Of a stretch of 64,000 nt of DNA, positions 1-10,526 are shown one piece after another. Below the pieces are notes generated by a model. It did no database searches, was not told where the DNA came from, and worked only from the letters and a program-made list of their open reading frames with translations. Both the position numbers and the translations under genes were made by a program. This DNA is from Spirochaetia bacterium (lineage in GTDB: Bacteria; Spirochaetota; Spirochaetia; SZUA-6; Bin103), in NCBI GenBank assembly GCA_965203055.1, contig OZ241863.1, positions 448,001 to 512,000 of the forward strand. Reading direction: 5' to 3'. Each line of letters opens with the position of its first letter. The first letter of the stretch is position 1.

Positions 1-376
1 CACGCGCCAATTTCGCCGCACCCCCAAAGGCGGGCGTTGCCGGCCGCACCGCGGCGCGCGGATCTCCGGCGCGCCGCCGGCGGTGCGGTTTCCGCCGCCT
101 GCCACCAACATCAATGCCGTTCGCGGCGCGGCGCTTTTACCGAGTGGCCGTTTTTCATTCACGTCAGTCAGTCATGAGGCCGCGCCGGCGGCGCAGGACC
201 ATCCGCGGAGGCAGCGCCGCGAGGCGCCGCCGGCGGCGGACGGCGCACTGCCGGGCGGCCACCGGGCCCCCCGCGAGCTGCGCGCCGCGCGCCGACTCCA
301 CGCTAATAGTATCGTCAACTTCGCGCCGCAGGTTATGAACTTTCGAGCCTCCGAGCCGCCGGGCGCAGCGCCCGGC

Positions 377-733
377 TCAGCGCCGGGCGATCAGTTCCTT
401 GACCTTGGCGGCCTTGCCCACGCGGTCGCGCAGGTAGTAGAGCTTGGCGCGGCGCACGCGGCCGCGGCGGACCACCTCGATGCGGGCGATCTTGGGGCTG
501 TGCATCGGGAATACCCGCTCCACGCCGACCCCGTAGGAAATCTTGCGCACCATGCAGGTGCGGCCCAGGCCCTTGCCGCGGATGCCGATGCAGATCCCTT
601 CGTAGACCTGTATCCGTTCCGTCTTGCCCTCGATGATCTTGAAGTGCACGCGGATCGTGTCCCCCACCGCGAACGGCGCCAGATCGTCCCGCGTCTGCGG
701 CTGCTCCACCTCGCGGATGAGCTGATTACTCAT
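377..733 (-). CDS. rplS: 50S ribosomal protein L19
   Basis: [23 protein letters not shown] and [10 protein letters not shown] motifs; ATG at 733 after a GGAGGAAAGG RBS; last gene of the rpsP-rimM-trmD-rplS operon. Confidence 0.98.
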   Translation of the reverse strand: MSNQLIREVEQPQTRDDLAPFAVGDTIRVHFKIIEGKTERIQVYEGICIGIRGKGLGRTCMVRKISYGVGVERVFPMHSPKIARIEVVRRGRVRRAKLYYLRDRVGKAAKVKELIARR

Positions 734-1443
734 TTCCTTTCCTCCGTTGTACATGACTCCTGACCCGCCGGACCTCGCGGCAACAGGTCGGGCCGGTAGC
801 GCCGGGTCTTCTCCAGCCGCTGCGCGCGGCGCCAGGCGGCGATGCGCGCGTGGTTGCCGGACAGCAGTACCTCAGGGACGCGCTGGCCTTCGAATTCCTC
901 CGGCCTGGTGTAGTGCGGGTACTCCAGCAGATTCTCGGAGAAGCTTTCATCGCGCAGCGAGTCGCGGTTGATCACCCCGCGCACTACCCGCGCCACGGCT
1001 TCCATCACCACCATGGCGGCCACCTCGCCCCCGCCGAGCACGTAATCGCCAATTGACAGCTCCTCATCGACGTAGCGGTCGATGATGCGCTGATCGATCC
1101 CCTCGTAGCGCCCGGCGATCAGGAGGATCGACTCGCGGCCCGCATATTCGTGCACCACGCGCTGGTTGAGCAACCGCCCCGCCGGGGAAAGATATACCGT
1201 CCACCGGTGCCGCGCCTGCAGGCCGCCGAGGGCGGCCGCGAGCGGTTCGGGCCGCAGTACCATACCGGCGCCGCCGCCGTAGGGGTAGTCGTCGCAGGTA
1301 CGATGGCGGTCCCTGGCAAATTCGCGGAGCGGCACCAGCTCGATCGCCACCTGCCCGCTGCGCCGCGCCCGGCCGAGGATGCTGGTCTCCAGGAACCCGG
1401 CGAAGATTTCCGGGAACAGGGTGACGACGGTGAACCTCATCAT
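730..1443 (-). CDS. trmD: tRNA (guanine37-N1)-methyltransferase
   Basis: [45 protein letters not shown] 1443 overlaps the rimM stop (ATGA). Confidence 0.97.
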   Translation of the reverse strand: MMRFTVVTLFPEIFAGFLETSILGRARRSGQVAIELVPLREFARDRHRTCDDYPYGGGAGMVLRPEPLAAALGGLQARHRWTVYLSPAGRLLNQRVVHEYAGRESILLIAGRYEGIDQRIIDRYVDEELSIGDYVLGGGEVAAMVVMEAVARVVRGVINRDSLRDESFSENLLEYPHYTRPEEFEGQRVPEVLLSGNHARIAAWRRAQRLEKTRRYRPDLLPRGPAGQESCTTEERK

Positions 1444-2009
1444 GGCCGCTCGAATTCGTCCGCCAGGTCGATGCGCCGGGCGTCCAGATCCACGCGCGGT
1501 ACGAAGAGCTCGCGAAACGGGACCAGGAACGGCGCGCCCGCGGGGTCGGTGACCTCGAGCACGTCGCCGCCGCCGGCCGGGATCACGTTGCTCACCATAC
1601 CCACGGCGCGGCCCCCCTGAAACACCGCGCAGCGACACAGGTCGGCCGCATAGAACTCGCCGGGCCGCAGCCGGCTGGCCTCGCCGCGCGGGACCCAGAG
1701 CTCCCATCCGGTAAGGAGGCGCGCCTGCTCGCGCGCGCTCACGCCGGCGAACCGCATCACCACCTTGTTGGCGCCCACCTGCCGCACCTCCGCCACGCGG
1801 CAGCGCCGGCGGCGGCCGCTGCGCCGCTCGCGGAGCTCCACCTCGCGCAGCCGAAACAGATGCTCAGTATCGCCGGAGTAGCTGAGGACCGCTTGCAGAC
1901 CGCGCACGCCGTACGGCGCGCCGAGCCGGGCCGTGGCGAGCTTCGCGTCGGGCAGGGGAGCTGCGGCCGCCGGCGCCGCGCCGTTCCCGCCGGGGCAGTG
2001 CGGCGTCAG
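1440..2009 (-). CDS. rimM: Ribosome maturation factor RimM (start uncertain; possible CTG at 2009)
   Basis: [12 protein letters not shown]-terminal motif lies upstream of the first GTG (1907); [21 protein letters not shown]; syntenic position. Confidence 0.9.
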   Translation of the reverse strand: MTPHCPGGNGAAPAAAAPLPDAKLATARLGAPYGVRGLQAVLSYSGDTEHLFRLREVELRERRSGRRRRCRVAEVRQVGANKVVMRFAGVSAREQARLLTGWELWVPRGEASRLRPGEFYAADLCRCAVFQGGRAVGMVSNVIPAGGGDVLEVTDPAGAPFLVPFRELFVPRVDLDARRIDLADEFERP

Positions 2010-2239
2010 TCAAGGATCTCCAATACCACGCGCTTGCCGGTCTTGGTGGCGGAAGCGCTCAGAATCGTGCGAATCGACTTGGCGATCCTGCCATGCTTGC
2101 CGATCACCTTACCGAGATCGCCGCCGGCAACACGCAGTTCGAGAATCGTCGACTTCTCACCTTCGATCATGTTCACCATGACCTCGTCCGGCTCGTCTAC
2201 CAACGATCGTGCTATGAACTCTACGAGTTCCTTTTCCAC
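2006..2239 (-). CDS. khpA: KH-domain RNA-binding protein KhpA
   Basis: [24 protein letters not shown] (GxxG KH motif); lies between rpsP and rimM. Confidence 0.95.
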   Translation of the reverse strand: MEKELVEFIARSLVDEPDEVMVNMIEGEKSTILELRVAGGDLGKVIGKHGRIAKSIRTILSASATKTGKRVVLEILD

Positions 2240-2296
2240 GTGATGCTCCTTGCCTCGTGCGCAAGCCCGCGCTGCCGGGCAGTCCCGGCTGGCTCG

Positions 2297-2554
2297 CTAG
2301 CCGCTGGTGACGTGCACCGACTTCTTGTTCAGAAGCCGGCGCACGGTCGGGCTTGGGCGCGCCCCACGCTGCAGCCACGCTCGGACGCGCGCTTCGTCGA
2401 TGCGGATCTGCTCCTCTTCCGGCTCGATGGGGTGATACAGGCCCACCTCCTCGATGGCGCGGCCATCGCGGGGAGCGCGGGAATCCATGACCACCATCCG
2501 ATAGTAGGGGCGCTTCCTGGTCCCGAAGCGCTTCAAGCGTATCTTGACACTCAA
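2297..2554 (-). CDS. rpsP: 30S ribosomal protein S16
   Basis: VKIRLKRFG..KRPYYRMVVMDSRAPRDGRAIEEVGLY; TTG start after AGGAG. Confidence 0.98.
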   Translation of the reverse strand: MSVKIRLKRFGTRKRPYYRMVVMDSRAPRDGRAIEEVGLYHPIEPEEEQIRIDEARVRAWLQRGARPSPTVRRLLNKKSVHVTSG

Positions 2555-2579
2555 TCTGATCTGACTCCTTGGCAGCGCG

Positions 2580-3929
2580 TCAGCCGCCGCCCAACTGCGC
2601 CGCCATCCGCTGCTGCAGCTTCTTGTTCCTGGTCATCTTCTTCATCGCCAGCGACATCTTGTCGAACCTGCGCACCAGGCGGTTCACCTCCGACACCGAG
2701 GAGCCGCTGCCGCGCGCCACCCGCTTGCGCCGGCTGGGGCCGAGAATGCGCGGGTTGTCACGCTCCTCCGGGGTCATGGAAAGCATGATCGCCTCCTCAC
2801 GGCGCAGCCCCTGCTCGTTTACCGCCCCGGAGGCTACCGCCGACTGCATGCCCGGCAGCTTCTCGAGCACCGAAGTCAAGCTCCCCATCCGGCGCATCTC
2901 GACGAGCTGCTCCAGGTAGTCGGCCATGGTAAAGCGGCGGCGCTTCATCTTGCGCACCAAGCGCTGCGCCCGCTCCTGGTCGAAGGTCTGCTGCGCCTGC
3001 TCGACCAGCGTCACGACGTCGCCCATCCCCAGAATCCGGGATGCCATCCGGTCGGGAAAGAACGGCTCCAACGCGGTGTGCGACTCGCCGGTACCGACGA
3101 ACTTGATCGGCTTGCCGGTAACCTCGCGGATCGACAGCGCCGCCCCGCCGCGCGTATCGGAGTCGAACTTACTAAGAATGACCCCGCTGAGTCCCACCAG
3201 ACGATCGAATTCGCCGGCCACGTCGACGGCGCTCTGACCGGTCATGGCGTCGGCCACGAGCAACGTTTCGTGCGGCGCGGCCGCGGCGTGGATTTCGCGC
3301 AGTTCGGCCATCAACTCGTCGTCGACCTGCAGCCGGCCGGCGCTGTCGACCAGCGCCGTGTCGCAGCCGACCTGGCGCGCGTGGCGCAACCCGTCGCGCA
3401 CCGCGGCCACCGCCGCGCCGCGCGTCCCGCGCGCGCCGGCGGCGCCGCCGAATACCGGCACGTCGAGCGCCGCGCCGAGCTGCTGCAACTGTTCGACCGC
3501 CGCCGGGCGCACCCGATCGGCGGCGATCAGCAAGGGCCGCCGGCCCTGCCCGGTCAGATGGTGCGCCAACTTGGCGGCGGTCGTGGTCTTGCCGGAGCCT
3601 TGCAGCCCCACCAACAGAATCGTCGTCAAGGTATCGGGGCCCTTGAGCGCCAGCTCGGCCCGCTCCCCGCCCAGCAGGGCGGTCATTCGCTCCAGCACGA
3701 TCCTGGTGAACTGCTGCCCCGGCGACACGTCGCGCAGCACGCGCGCGCCGAGGGCGGCCTCGGTCGTACGGTTGACGAAACGGCGCACGACGCGCAGATT
3801 TACATCCGCTTCGAGCAGGGCTACCTTGATCTCGCGGACTGCATCCTGAATGTTCTTCTCGGTGATGTGCGCCTTCCCGGAGACTTGACGCATCACGTCC
3901 CCGAGCTTGCTGGTGAGCCCGTCGAACAT
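2580..3929 (-). CDS. ffh: Signal recognition particle protein Ffh
   Basis: ALLEADV, GLQGSGKTTT, DSAGRL, RGGAALS, SRILGMGD and an M-domain. Confidence 0.98.
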   Translation of the reverse strand: MFDGLTSKLGDVMRQVSGKAHITEKNIQDAVREIKVALLEADVNLRVVRRFVNRTTEAALGARVLRDVSPGQQFTRIVLERMTALLGGERAELALKGPDTLTTILLVGLQGSGKTTTAAKLAHHLTGQGRRPLLIAADRVRPAAVEQLQQLGAALDVPVFGGAAGARGTRGAAVAAVRDGLRHARQVGCDTALVDSAGRLQVDDELMAELREIHAAAAPHETLLVADAMTGQSAVDVAGEFDRLVGLSGVILSKFDSDTRGGAALSIREVTGKPIKFVGTGESHTALEPFFPDRMASRILGMGDVVTLVEQAQQTFDQERAQRLVRKMKRRRFTMADYLEQLVEMRRMGSLTSVLEKLPGMQSAVASGAVNEQGLRREEAIMLSMTPEERDNPRILGPSRRKRVARGSGSSVSEVNRLVRRFDKMSLAMKKMTRNKKLQQRMAAQLGGG

Positions 3930-3981
3930 AGGCGTAGTTGTATAGCCGTCCCGCTATCCCCGTGTCAACGTGGAGGGGTTG

Positions 3982-5379
3982 ATGTCGCTGAGCTTCCCGC
4001 TTTGCCGGCGCCGCGGCGCGCCGGTATCATTGCTGCATGCGCCCGGCCCGCCAGTGTTAGCTGCCGCCCGCAACAGGTCCGCCTGCGCCGTCCTCGCGTT
4101 CCTGGCCGCGCTGCTGCCGGTGGCCGGTTGCGATTCCCGCGACCGGACGCCGGCGGAGAAGGCGCCCTTCGCGGCGGCGGAGCAGGAGCAGGCGGTCCGC
4201 AGTCAGGACAGCGGCGACCCGACCCAGTCGCTGCTCAGCGTTCAGCTTCGCACCTTCGACGAGCTGGTCGGCGCGCTGCGCGAGCACTACGTGCACAGCG
4301 AGCATCACGCGGTGCCCTGGGACGACCTGGAGAGCCGCTACCGCACCAAGGTGCTGGGCCTGCTGCGCGGCGACGAGTTTCCCGAGGTGGTGCGCGGCCT
4401 GATGGCCGAGTTGCCGCCCGATGCCGCGGTCTGGCAATCGCGTGACGAACGCATCGATCTGCAGTCCACCGACGCCCGTACCTACGAGGGGATCGGAGCG
4501 TACATCGCCTTCCGCGCCGACCCGTCGCCGCGGGTAATTCTCCTGTCGGTGTTGCCCGGGTCGCCCGCGGCCCAGGCCGGACTGCGCGACCACGACAGTC
4601 TGCTGGCGGTGGACGGAATCCCGGTGCGCCGCGACGAGGGCGAAGAGGTGGTGACGCGCATTCGCGGACCGGCCGGTTCGGTGGTGAATCTCAGCGTGCG
4701 CTCGCCGAATCAGCAGCCGCGCGCGGTGGCGGTCACCCGCGGCCGGGTGCAGCTCACCGAGGGGGCCAACCGCGTGCGCTACGCGCTGCTGCCCCAGTCC
4801 GACGTCGGCTATCTCCTGCTGCCGCGTCAGACCACCGGGTCGCTGGCCGCCGAAGTGGCCCAGTCGCTCACCCTCATGACCCAACAGACGGCCGTGCGCG
4901 GGTTGATCCTGGACCTGCGCATCGCGGCGCTGGGCAGCGGCTGGCCGCTCGAAGAGTTGCTCACCCTGTTCGGCGACGGCTCCCTGGGCGAGATGTATAC
5001 GACGCAGGAGATCCAGCCGGTGGAAATAGCCGGACAGGACGTGGCCGGATCGCAGTCGCTGCCGCTGGCGCTGCTGGTGGGACCCGACACCGAGGGCCTG
5101 CCGGAGATCTTCGCCGCCGCGCTGCAGAGCAGCGGGCGCGCCGTCCTGTTCGGCGGCCGTACCAGCGGAGAGATCGAGAACAATCATCTGGTGTCCCTCC
5201 CGGATGGCTCGCGGGTGCTGATTTCCAGCACCTCGTACCGCACTGCGACCGGTCTGGACGTGGGCCTCAGCGGCCTGGAACCGAACCTCGCGGTGAGATA
5301 CGACTGGGACGCCGTTACCGAGCAGGAAGACCCGGTGCGCGACGCGGCGCAGGCGGCGTTGCTGAGGATGGGCGGCTGA
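3982..5379 (+). CDS. S41 family C-terminal processing peptidase-like lipoprotein with PDZ domain
   Basis: Lipobox-like VAGC; YEGIGAYI and GSPAAQAGL PDZ motifs; LILDLR; EIFAAAL..GRA..FG.RTSG; start uncertain. Confidence 0.8.
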   Translation: MSLSFPLCRRRGAPVSLLHAPGPPVLAAARNRSACAVLAFLAALLPVAGCDSRDRTPAEKAPFAAAEQEQAVRSQDSGDPTQSLLSVQLRTFDELVGALREHYVHSEHHAVPWDDLESRYRTKVLGLLRGDEFPEVVRGLMAELPPDAAVWQSRDERIDLQSTDARTYEGIGAYIAFRADPSPRVILLSVLPGSPAAQAGLRDHDSLLAVDGIPVRRDEGEEVVTRIRGPAGSVVNLSVRSPNQQPRAVAVTRGRVQLTEGANRVRYALLPQSDVGYLLLPRQTTGSLAAEVAQSLTLMTQQTAVRGLILDLRIAALGSGWPLEELLTLFGDGSLGEMYTTQEIQPVEIAGQDVAGSQSLPLALLVGPDTEGLPEIFAAALQSSGRAVLFGGRTSGEIENNHLVSLPDGSRVLISSTSYRTATGLDVGLSGLEPNLAVRYDWDAVTEQEDPVRDAAQAALLRMGG

Positions 5380-6746
5380 TGCGGGTCGCGCCGGCGGCGC
5401 CCGCGGCCGGTCGCGCCCGGCGCCTCCCCGCGGCCCGCCGGCGGCGGCTGGCCGGCGGCGGCCTGCTGGCGCTCGGCGCGCTGCTGCTGGCGGCGGCCTG
5501 CTCGCGCGACGAGGTCACCATCGGCCAAAGCCCCCTGCTGCGCTTCGTGGAACGCAAGTCGGGGCGCATTGCGGTGATGGGCGCGGACGGCAACATCTAC
5601 ACCATGGATCAGGCCGGCGGGGCGCTGGTAGCGGTGACCGAAGACGCCGTCATTCCCGACGAGACCCAGGGCCTGGTCCGCTACTACCAGTTTCCGGCCT
5701 GGGCTCCCGACGATTCGCGCCTCGCGTTCATCGGCTACCAGGGCAACGACCAGTTCGCCACCACCACCAGCGTGTTCACCACGGCGCCGGACGGCTCCAA
5801 CATCGTGCAGGCATTCTCCAGCGGGCAATACCTGCCGCGCAACCTCTACTGGTCCCCGGACGGCGAGTGGCTCACCTTCCTTACCTCCACCTCCGGCAGC
5901 ACCGCGTCGGCACTGCAGATGGTGCCGGCGGCGGGCGGCGAAGCCACCAGACTGGACGCCGGCAACCCGTTCTACTGGTCGTGGGCGCCGGACGGGCGCA
6001 CCATCCTGGTGCATGCGGGCGGGGCGGGAATGCGCTACCGCGCGCGCCTCGCCTTTCTCAACGTCGACGGCGTGATCTACGAAGAAGGGATGGCGGTGCG
6101 GCCGGCCGCGTTCCAGGCTCCCGCGTGGTCGCCGGACGGCACGCGCCTGCTGGTGGCGGCGCAGGCGGGCGACCAGGCCGAGCTGGTGGTGACCAACCGC
6201 GGCGGCTCGCTGTACCGGGTGCTGGCCCGGGCCAGCGCCGCCCTCGCCTTCGCCTGGTCGCCGAACGGCAACCAGGTGGCCTACGTGGCGCGCGACCGCG
6301 GCGAGTCCGGGCTGCAGGCGAACCTGGCGGTGGTCGATCTGGAAGCGCGCGGCGCCGAGCCCGAGGTGTTGACCGAAGAGACCTTCGTCCTGGGCTTCTT
6401 CTGGTCGCCGGACAGCGACAAGATCGCCTACTTCGTGCCCGGCACCTACGTCGACCCCGACGACGAGGAGCAACAGACCATCTTCCTGACCCTGCACGTG
6501 CACAACCTGCGCCGGCAGACCACCCGCGAGATCCAGAGCTTCATCCCCACCTCCCAGTTCATGGCCGTGGTGCAGCAGTTCGATCAGTACTATCTCGCGA
6601 CCCGGGTCTGGTCGCCGGACAGCCGCAACATCCTGTTCGCGGCGCTCTCGCAGCAGGGGCCCGGCATCATGGTGGCGAAGGCCGACGGCAACATCGCCCC
6701 GCGCCGGATCACCGACGGCCTGATCGGCTTCTGGTCTTGGCGCTGA
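5379..6746 (+). CDS. TolB-like (PD40) beta-propeller lipoprotein
   Basis: Lipobox LAAAC; repeated W[AS]PD[GDS] blades. Confidence 0.8.
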   Translation: MRVAPAAPAAGRARRLPAARRRRLAGGGLLALGALLLAAACSRDEVTIGQSPLLRFVERKSGRIAVMGADGNIYTMDQAGGALVAVTEDAVIPDETQGLVRYYQFPAWAPDDSRLAFIGYQGNDQFATTTSVFTTAPDGSNIVQAFSSGQYLPRNLYWSPDGEWLTFLTSTSGSTASALQMVPAAGGEATRLDAGNPFYWSWAPDGRTILVHAGGAGMRYRARLAFLNVDGVIYEEGMAVRPAAFQAPAWSPDGTRLLVAAQAGDQAELVVTNRGGSLYRVLARASAALAFAWSPNGNQVAYVARDRGESGLQANLAVVDLEARGAEPEVLTEETFVLGFFWSPDSDKIAYFVPGTYVDPDDEEQQTIFLTLHVHNLRRQTTREIQSFIPTSQFMAVVQQFDQYYLATRVWSPDSRNILFAALSQQGPGIMVAKADGNIAPRRITDGLIGFWSWR

Positions 6747-8095
6747 CGCCGGGGAGCGGCGCCGGGCGGCGCGCCGCGGTCGGCCGCGGCGTCCTGCTGC
6801 TGGCGCTGGCCGCGGCGCTGCTGAGCGGCTGCGGGGAGCGGCGGCTCCAGCTTCAGCCGAGCCCGCTGCTGCAGGCGCTGCAGCGCAACGCCGGACGCAT
6901 CGGGTTCATCGGGCCGGACGGCAACGTCTACCGTATTGCGCAGCGCGGCGGCGAGCCGACGCCGGTGACCGCGGACGCCGGCGCCGACCGGGCGGCGCGC
7001 ACCGCGGTGGCCTACCTGCAACCCACCTGGGCGCCCGACGGGCGGAGCATGGCGTTCGCCCGCACCGCGCTCACGGGGGCGCGCAGCCTGCAGGCCTCGA
7101 TCTGGGTCACCGGCGGCCGCAACGACCCGCCGCGCGAGGTGTTCAACACCAGCTCCCTGCGCCCCATCTACCTCTATTGGTCGCCCGACGGCGAACGCCT
7201 CACCCTGTTGTCCCAACCGCTGGGCTCCGCGGAGTTGGAGCTGGGCGTCATCGACCTCGACCGGGACGGCTATCGGACGCTGGATCACGGCCAGCCCTAC
7301 TACTGGAGCTGGCTGCCGGACAACAGCGCGCTGGTGACCCACGTGGGCGGCGACGTGCGCTTCAACGCGGCGGCGCGCCTGTCGCTCGTGCCCCTCGATC
7401 CACTGCGCGGCAAGTCCGACTTCAACCTGGCGCCGACCGCCTTCCAGTCGCCCGCGGTCTCGCCGGACGGCCGCTACGTGGCGTTCGTGACCACCGCCGC
7501 GGGCGGCACCGGCCTGGTCGCGCGCGAGCTCGACGGCCCTGACGAACGACTGCTCACCGAGGTGCCGGGCTTCGCCTACTTCGCCTACGCCCCGCGCGGC
7601 AACCGGATCGCGGTGCTGAAGAGCGCCACGCCGGGGCCCGCCGCGGACGGTGAACTGACGATCATCGACACGCGCAGCGGGCGGGAGACGGCGCTGCCGC
7701 ACGGCGACGTCATCGCCTTCTTCTGGGCGCCGAACGGGCAGCGCATCGCCTATCTGGTGCCGGCGCGCGCCGCGCAGGAACAGGGTCTGGAGTTGGATCC
7801 GAGGTTTGCCCGCCAGCCGCGGTTGTTCTACGCCGAGCTGCGGGTGGCCGACGTAGGCCGGGGGAATTCATGGCGCGTGGTACAGTTCCCCATCAGCGAA
7901 GGGTTCCTGCGCCTGCACCTGCCGTTCTTCGACCAGTACCTGCGCTCCACCTCTATCTGGTCGCCAAACAGCCGCTTCCTGACCTACGCCGCGCTCACCG
8001 CCGACGGCGGCCCCGGCATCTTCGTGTCGGCCGCCAGCGGGACGCTGCGCCCCCAGTTCCTGGCCGCCGGCGACCTCGCCTCCTGGTCGCCCTGA
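6737..8095 (+). CDS. Second TolB-like beta-propeller lipoprotein (paralog of the preceding gene)
   Basis: Lipobox LLSGC; W[AS]P[DN]G repeats; shares GRIxxxGxDGNxY and FDQYxxxTxxWSP with the upstream gene; start TTG 6737 or CTG 6743. Confidence 0.8.
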   Translation: MALTPGSGAGRRAAVGRGVLLLALAAALLSGCGERRLQLQPSPLLQALQRNAGRIGFIGPDGNVYRIAQRGGEPTPVTADAGADRAARTAVAYLQPTWAPDGRSMAFARTALTGARSLQASIWVTGGRNDPPREVFNTSSLRPIYLYWSPDGERLTLLSQPLGSAELELGVIDLDRDGYRTLDHGQPYYWSWLPDNSALVTHVGGDVRFNAAARLSLVPLDPLRGKSDFNLAPTAFQSPAVSPDGRYVAFVTTAAGGTGLVARELDGPDERLLTEVPGFAYFAYAPRGNRIAVLKSATPGPAADGELTIIDTRSGRETALPHGDVIAFFWAPNGQRIAYLVPARAAQEQGLELDPRFARQPRLFYAELRVADVGRGNSWRVVQFPISEGFLRLHLPFFDQYLRSTSIWSPNSRFLTYAALTADGGPGIFVSAASGTLRPQFLAAGDLASWSP

Positions 8096-8143
8096 AAGAG
8101 CAGGCCGCCAACGACCGCGGCCGCGCGCCGCCAAGCTGCCGCG

Positions 8144-10117
8144 TCAGCCTGCGGCCGCCGGCTCCTTCGGCAGGTCGTCGCGCTCCTTGGCCGGCAGCGC
8201 CGCCGCGGCCGCGGCCGCCGGGGTCTCCGCCGCGACCGGGGGCGGCGGCAGCAACTCGGCCGGAGTCTGCGGCCGGTTGGGGCCGAGGATGGCGAGCACC
8301 TGCCTGGTGCTGAGGGAGTTGTGATCCATCAGGTTCTCCGCCAGTTCGATCAGCTCCGCCCGATGGTCGCGCAACAGCCGCTCGGTGCGTTCCTGCAGGT
8401 CGAGCCACATGCGCCGCAACGCGGCCTGGGCATCGCGATCGGCGACCGCGCCGCCGGTCGAGTCGCGGCCGGTGCGCCAGTCGACCACCGGCGGGCCGAA
8501 GTAGCCTTCATTGTACAGCCGCCACAACCGCTCCCGCACCATCGGGTAGTCACCGCCGGAAGCGCCGGTGTAGGACTCGCCCAGTATCACCCGCATGGCC
8601 GCCTGACCGGCCATGCAGACCATCATGTCCCGCACGATGCGGCTGAGCGGCTGCGAAAAGATCTCCACTTCGTCCATCGGCAGGACGAAGCCGAGCGCGT
8701 CCCCGCGCCGGACGATGGTGATGTGGGCGATGCGGGTGTCGGGCATCAGGTAGTGCTGCGCCACCGCATGTCCGGCCTCGTGCACCGCCACCTCCCAGCG
8801 CTGCCGATCCTCCATCTCCTCGATCGGGTTCTCGATGCCGGTGTACTGCTGCAGGAACGCCTTCTCGATATCTTCCTGCGACACCGCGGAGCGGTGATCG
8901 AACAGGGCGATGCGCACCGCGTCCTTGGTGATGGCGGCCATGATCTGCGCCGGCGTGGCGGCGCGGTTGTTCATGACGATCGCCTCGATGTCCACCGAAT
9001 CGTCGTGGTTGACGGTGCGCAGGTAGCCTTCGACGATCTCGCGCCGGCCGGTGCGGTCCGGCAGGTCCACCTTGATGAGCTGGTCGAACCGTCCGGGGCG
9101 CTTCAGGGCCGGGTCCAGCACGTCGGGCCGGTTGGTGGAGCCCATGAACAACACGTGCCAGTTGCGGTCCGGCGGCTTCTTGCCCATGATCTGGAACAGC
9201 TTGCCCTTGAGCCGCTCCTTGAGGGTCTTGCTGTCGATTCCGTCCATCTCGTACAGCAGGCGGGTGAGGGCGCCGGTGCCGGCCCCCATCATGCCGCCCA
9301 TGCCGGCGCCGCCGTCGCCGCCGCCTCCGCCCATCACGCCGCCGCGGCTCTGGCCGACCGCGTCGATCTCGTCGATGTAGGCGATGGCCGCGCCGTAGCG
9401 TTGCGCCAGGCGGCGCGCCTTGCGGATGAACCAGATCATCTTCATCACGTCCACGCCCCAGAACATGGCGCGGAATCCCGATCCCTCGATCGACAGGAAG
9501 GCGACCCCCGCCTCGCCGGCCATCGCCTTGGCGAGCATGGTCTTGCCGGTGCCGGGCGGGCCGTAGAGCAGCAGGCCGTTGATGTAGCGCCCGCCCATCT
9601 CCACGAACTGCTGGCGGTCGGAGAGCAGGCCCAGCCACTGCCGTACCAGCCGCTTCAGACGCGGCTGCCCCCAGTAATCGTCGAAGGTGATGATCTTGGG
9701 GTCTTCCGGGCGGATGCGCTCGATCTTGGAGCGCGACATGAACCAGAACAGCGACCCGAACTGGACCAGCATGAACAGAATCGCGAACAGGAGCTGGCCC
9801 ACGAAGCCGAGGAGCTGCAGGAAGATGTTGAGCAGCGTCTCGTTGGACCAGATCAGGATCGCGGCGCCGGCGACCACCACCAGCGGCACCACCTTGCGGA
9901 TGAGCTGGCGCATCTTCTTGGTCAGACGGCGCTGCTGCTTGACCACCTCGATGCGGTGCTTGACCAGGTCGGGCACCCGCACGTTCTGCCAGAAGCTCTG
10001 CTGCCTGGAGTTCGGCGGACTGCCGTTTCGGGCCGGGTCGGGCGCCGCGGCGGGGGCCTGCGCCGGCTCGGCTTGCGGATTCTCGACGGCGCGCTCGGGC
10101 TTGGGCTTGTCGGACAT
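8144..10117 (-). CDS. FtsH-family AAA+ Zn metalloprotease (divergent paralog)
   Basis: N-terminal hydrophobic segments; Walker A GPPGTGKT; Walker B IDEID; TNRPDVLDPALKRPGRFD; HEAGH; GASGD. Confidence 0.88.
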   Translation of the reverse strand: MSDKPKPERAVENPQAEPAQAPAAAPDPARNGSPPNSRQQSFWQNVRVPDLVKHRIEVVKQQRRLTKKMRQLIRKVVPLVVVAGAAILIWSNETLLNIFLQLLGFVGQLLFAILFMLVQFGSLFWFMSRSKIERIRPEDPKIITFDDYWGQPRLKRLVRQWLGLLSDRQQFVEMGGRYINGLLLYGPPGTGKTMLAKAMAGEAGVAFLSIEGSGFRAMFWGVDVMKMIWFIRKARRLAQRYGAAIAYIDEIDAVGQSRGGVMGGGGGDGGAGMGGMMGAGTGALTRLLYEMDGIDSKTLKERLKGKLFQIMGKKPPDRNWHVLFMGSTNRPDVLDPALKRPGRFDQLIKVDLPDRTGRREIVEGYLRTVNHDDSVDIEAIVMNNRAATPAQIMAAITKDAVRIALFDHRSAVSQEDIEKAFLQQYTGIENPIEEMEDRQRWEVAVHEAGHAVAQHYLMPDTRIAHITIVRRGDALGFVLPMDEVEIFSQPLSRIVRDMMVCMAGQAAMRVILGESYTGASGGDYPMVRERLWRLYNEGYFGPPVVDWRTGRDSTGGAVADRDAQAALRRMWLDLQERTERLLRDHRAELIELAENLMDHNSLSTRQVLAILGPNRPQTPAELLPPPPVAAETPAAAAAAALPAKERDDLPKEPAAAG

Positions 10118-10271
10118 ACTCCTCTCCAGCGCCGCTCGGCGGCGGCACTCACGGACAACGGTAGATAATCTACCAGATTCTGCCGTATAGTCCAGACAGA
10201 CTTACGCCACCGCCCGGGGACCCTCCGGCGGCCGGACCGGCCTGCCTCCGGCAGGCGGCAGAGGAGTGGCC

Positions 10272-10526
10272 ATGGGACAACGCGGTGAGTTGTTCAGCAC
10301 CCGCGCGAACACCGCGAAACGGACCTATTTCTTCAACGTCAAGGAAAATCGCATCGGCGACCTGTTCCTCAACATCGTCGAGAGCCGCAAGCGCGAGGCG
10401 CCGGACGGCGCCGGGCGCGGCTTCGAGCGCCAGTCGGTGATGGTGTACGAAGAGGACCTGGCGGCGTTCATCGCCGCCTTCGACGAGGCCGTGGGGTACG
10501 CCCGCCGCAACCGCCGGCGAAGTTGA
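10272..10526 (+). CDS. PUR-family / DUF3276 nucleic-acid-binding protein
   Basis: [50 protein letters not shown]. Confidence 0.85.
   Translation: MGQRGELFSTRANTAKRTYFFNVKENRIGDLFLNIVESRKREAPDGAGRGFERQSVMVYEEDLAAFIAAFDEAVGYARRNRRRS

Noticed and set aside
1..370. Possible ncRNA or riboswitch in GC-rich hairpins downstream of rplS
   Set aside because: No recognisable consensus; hairpins are expected by chance at this GC content. An Rfam scan would decide.
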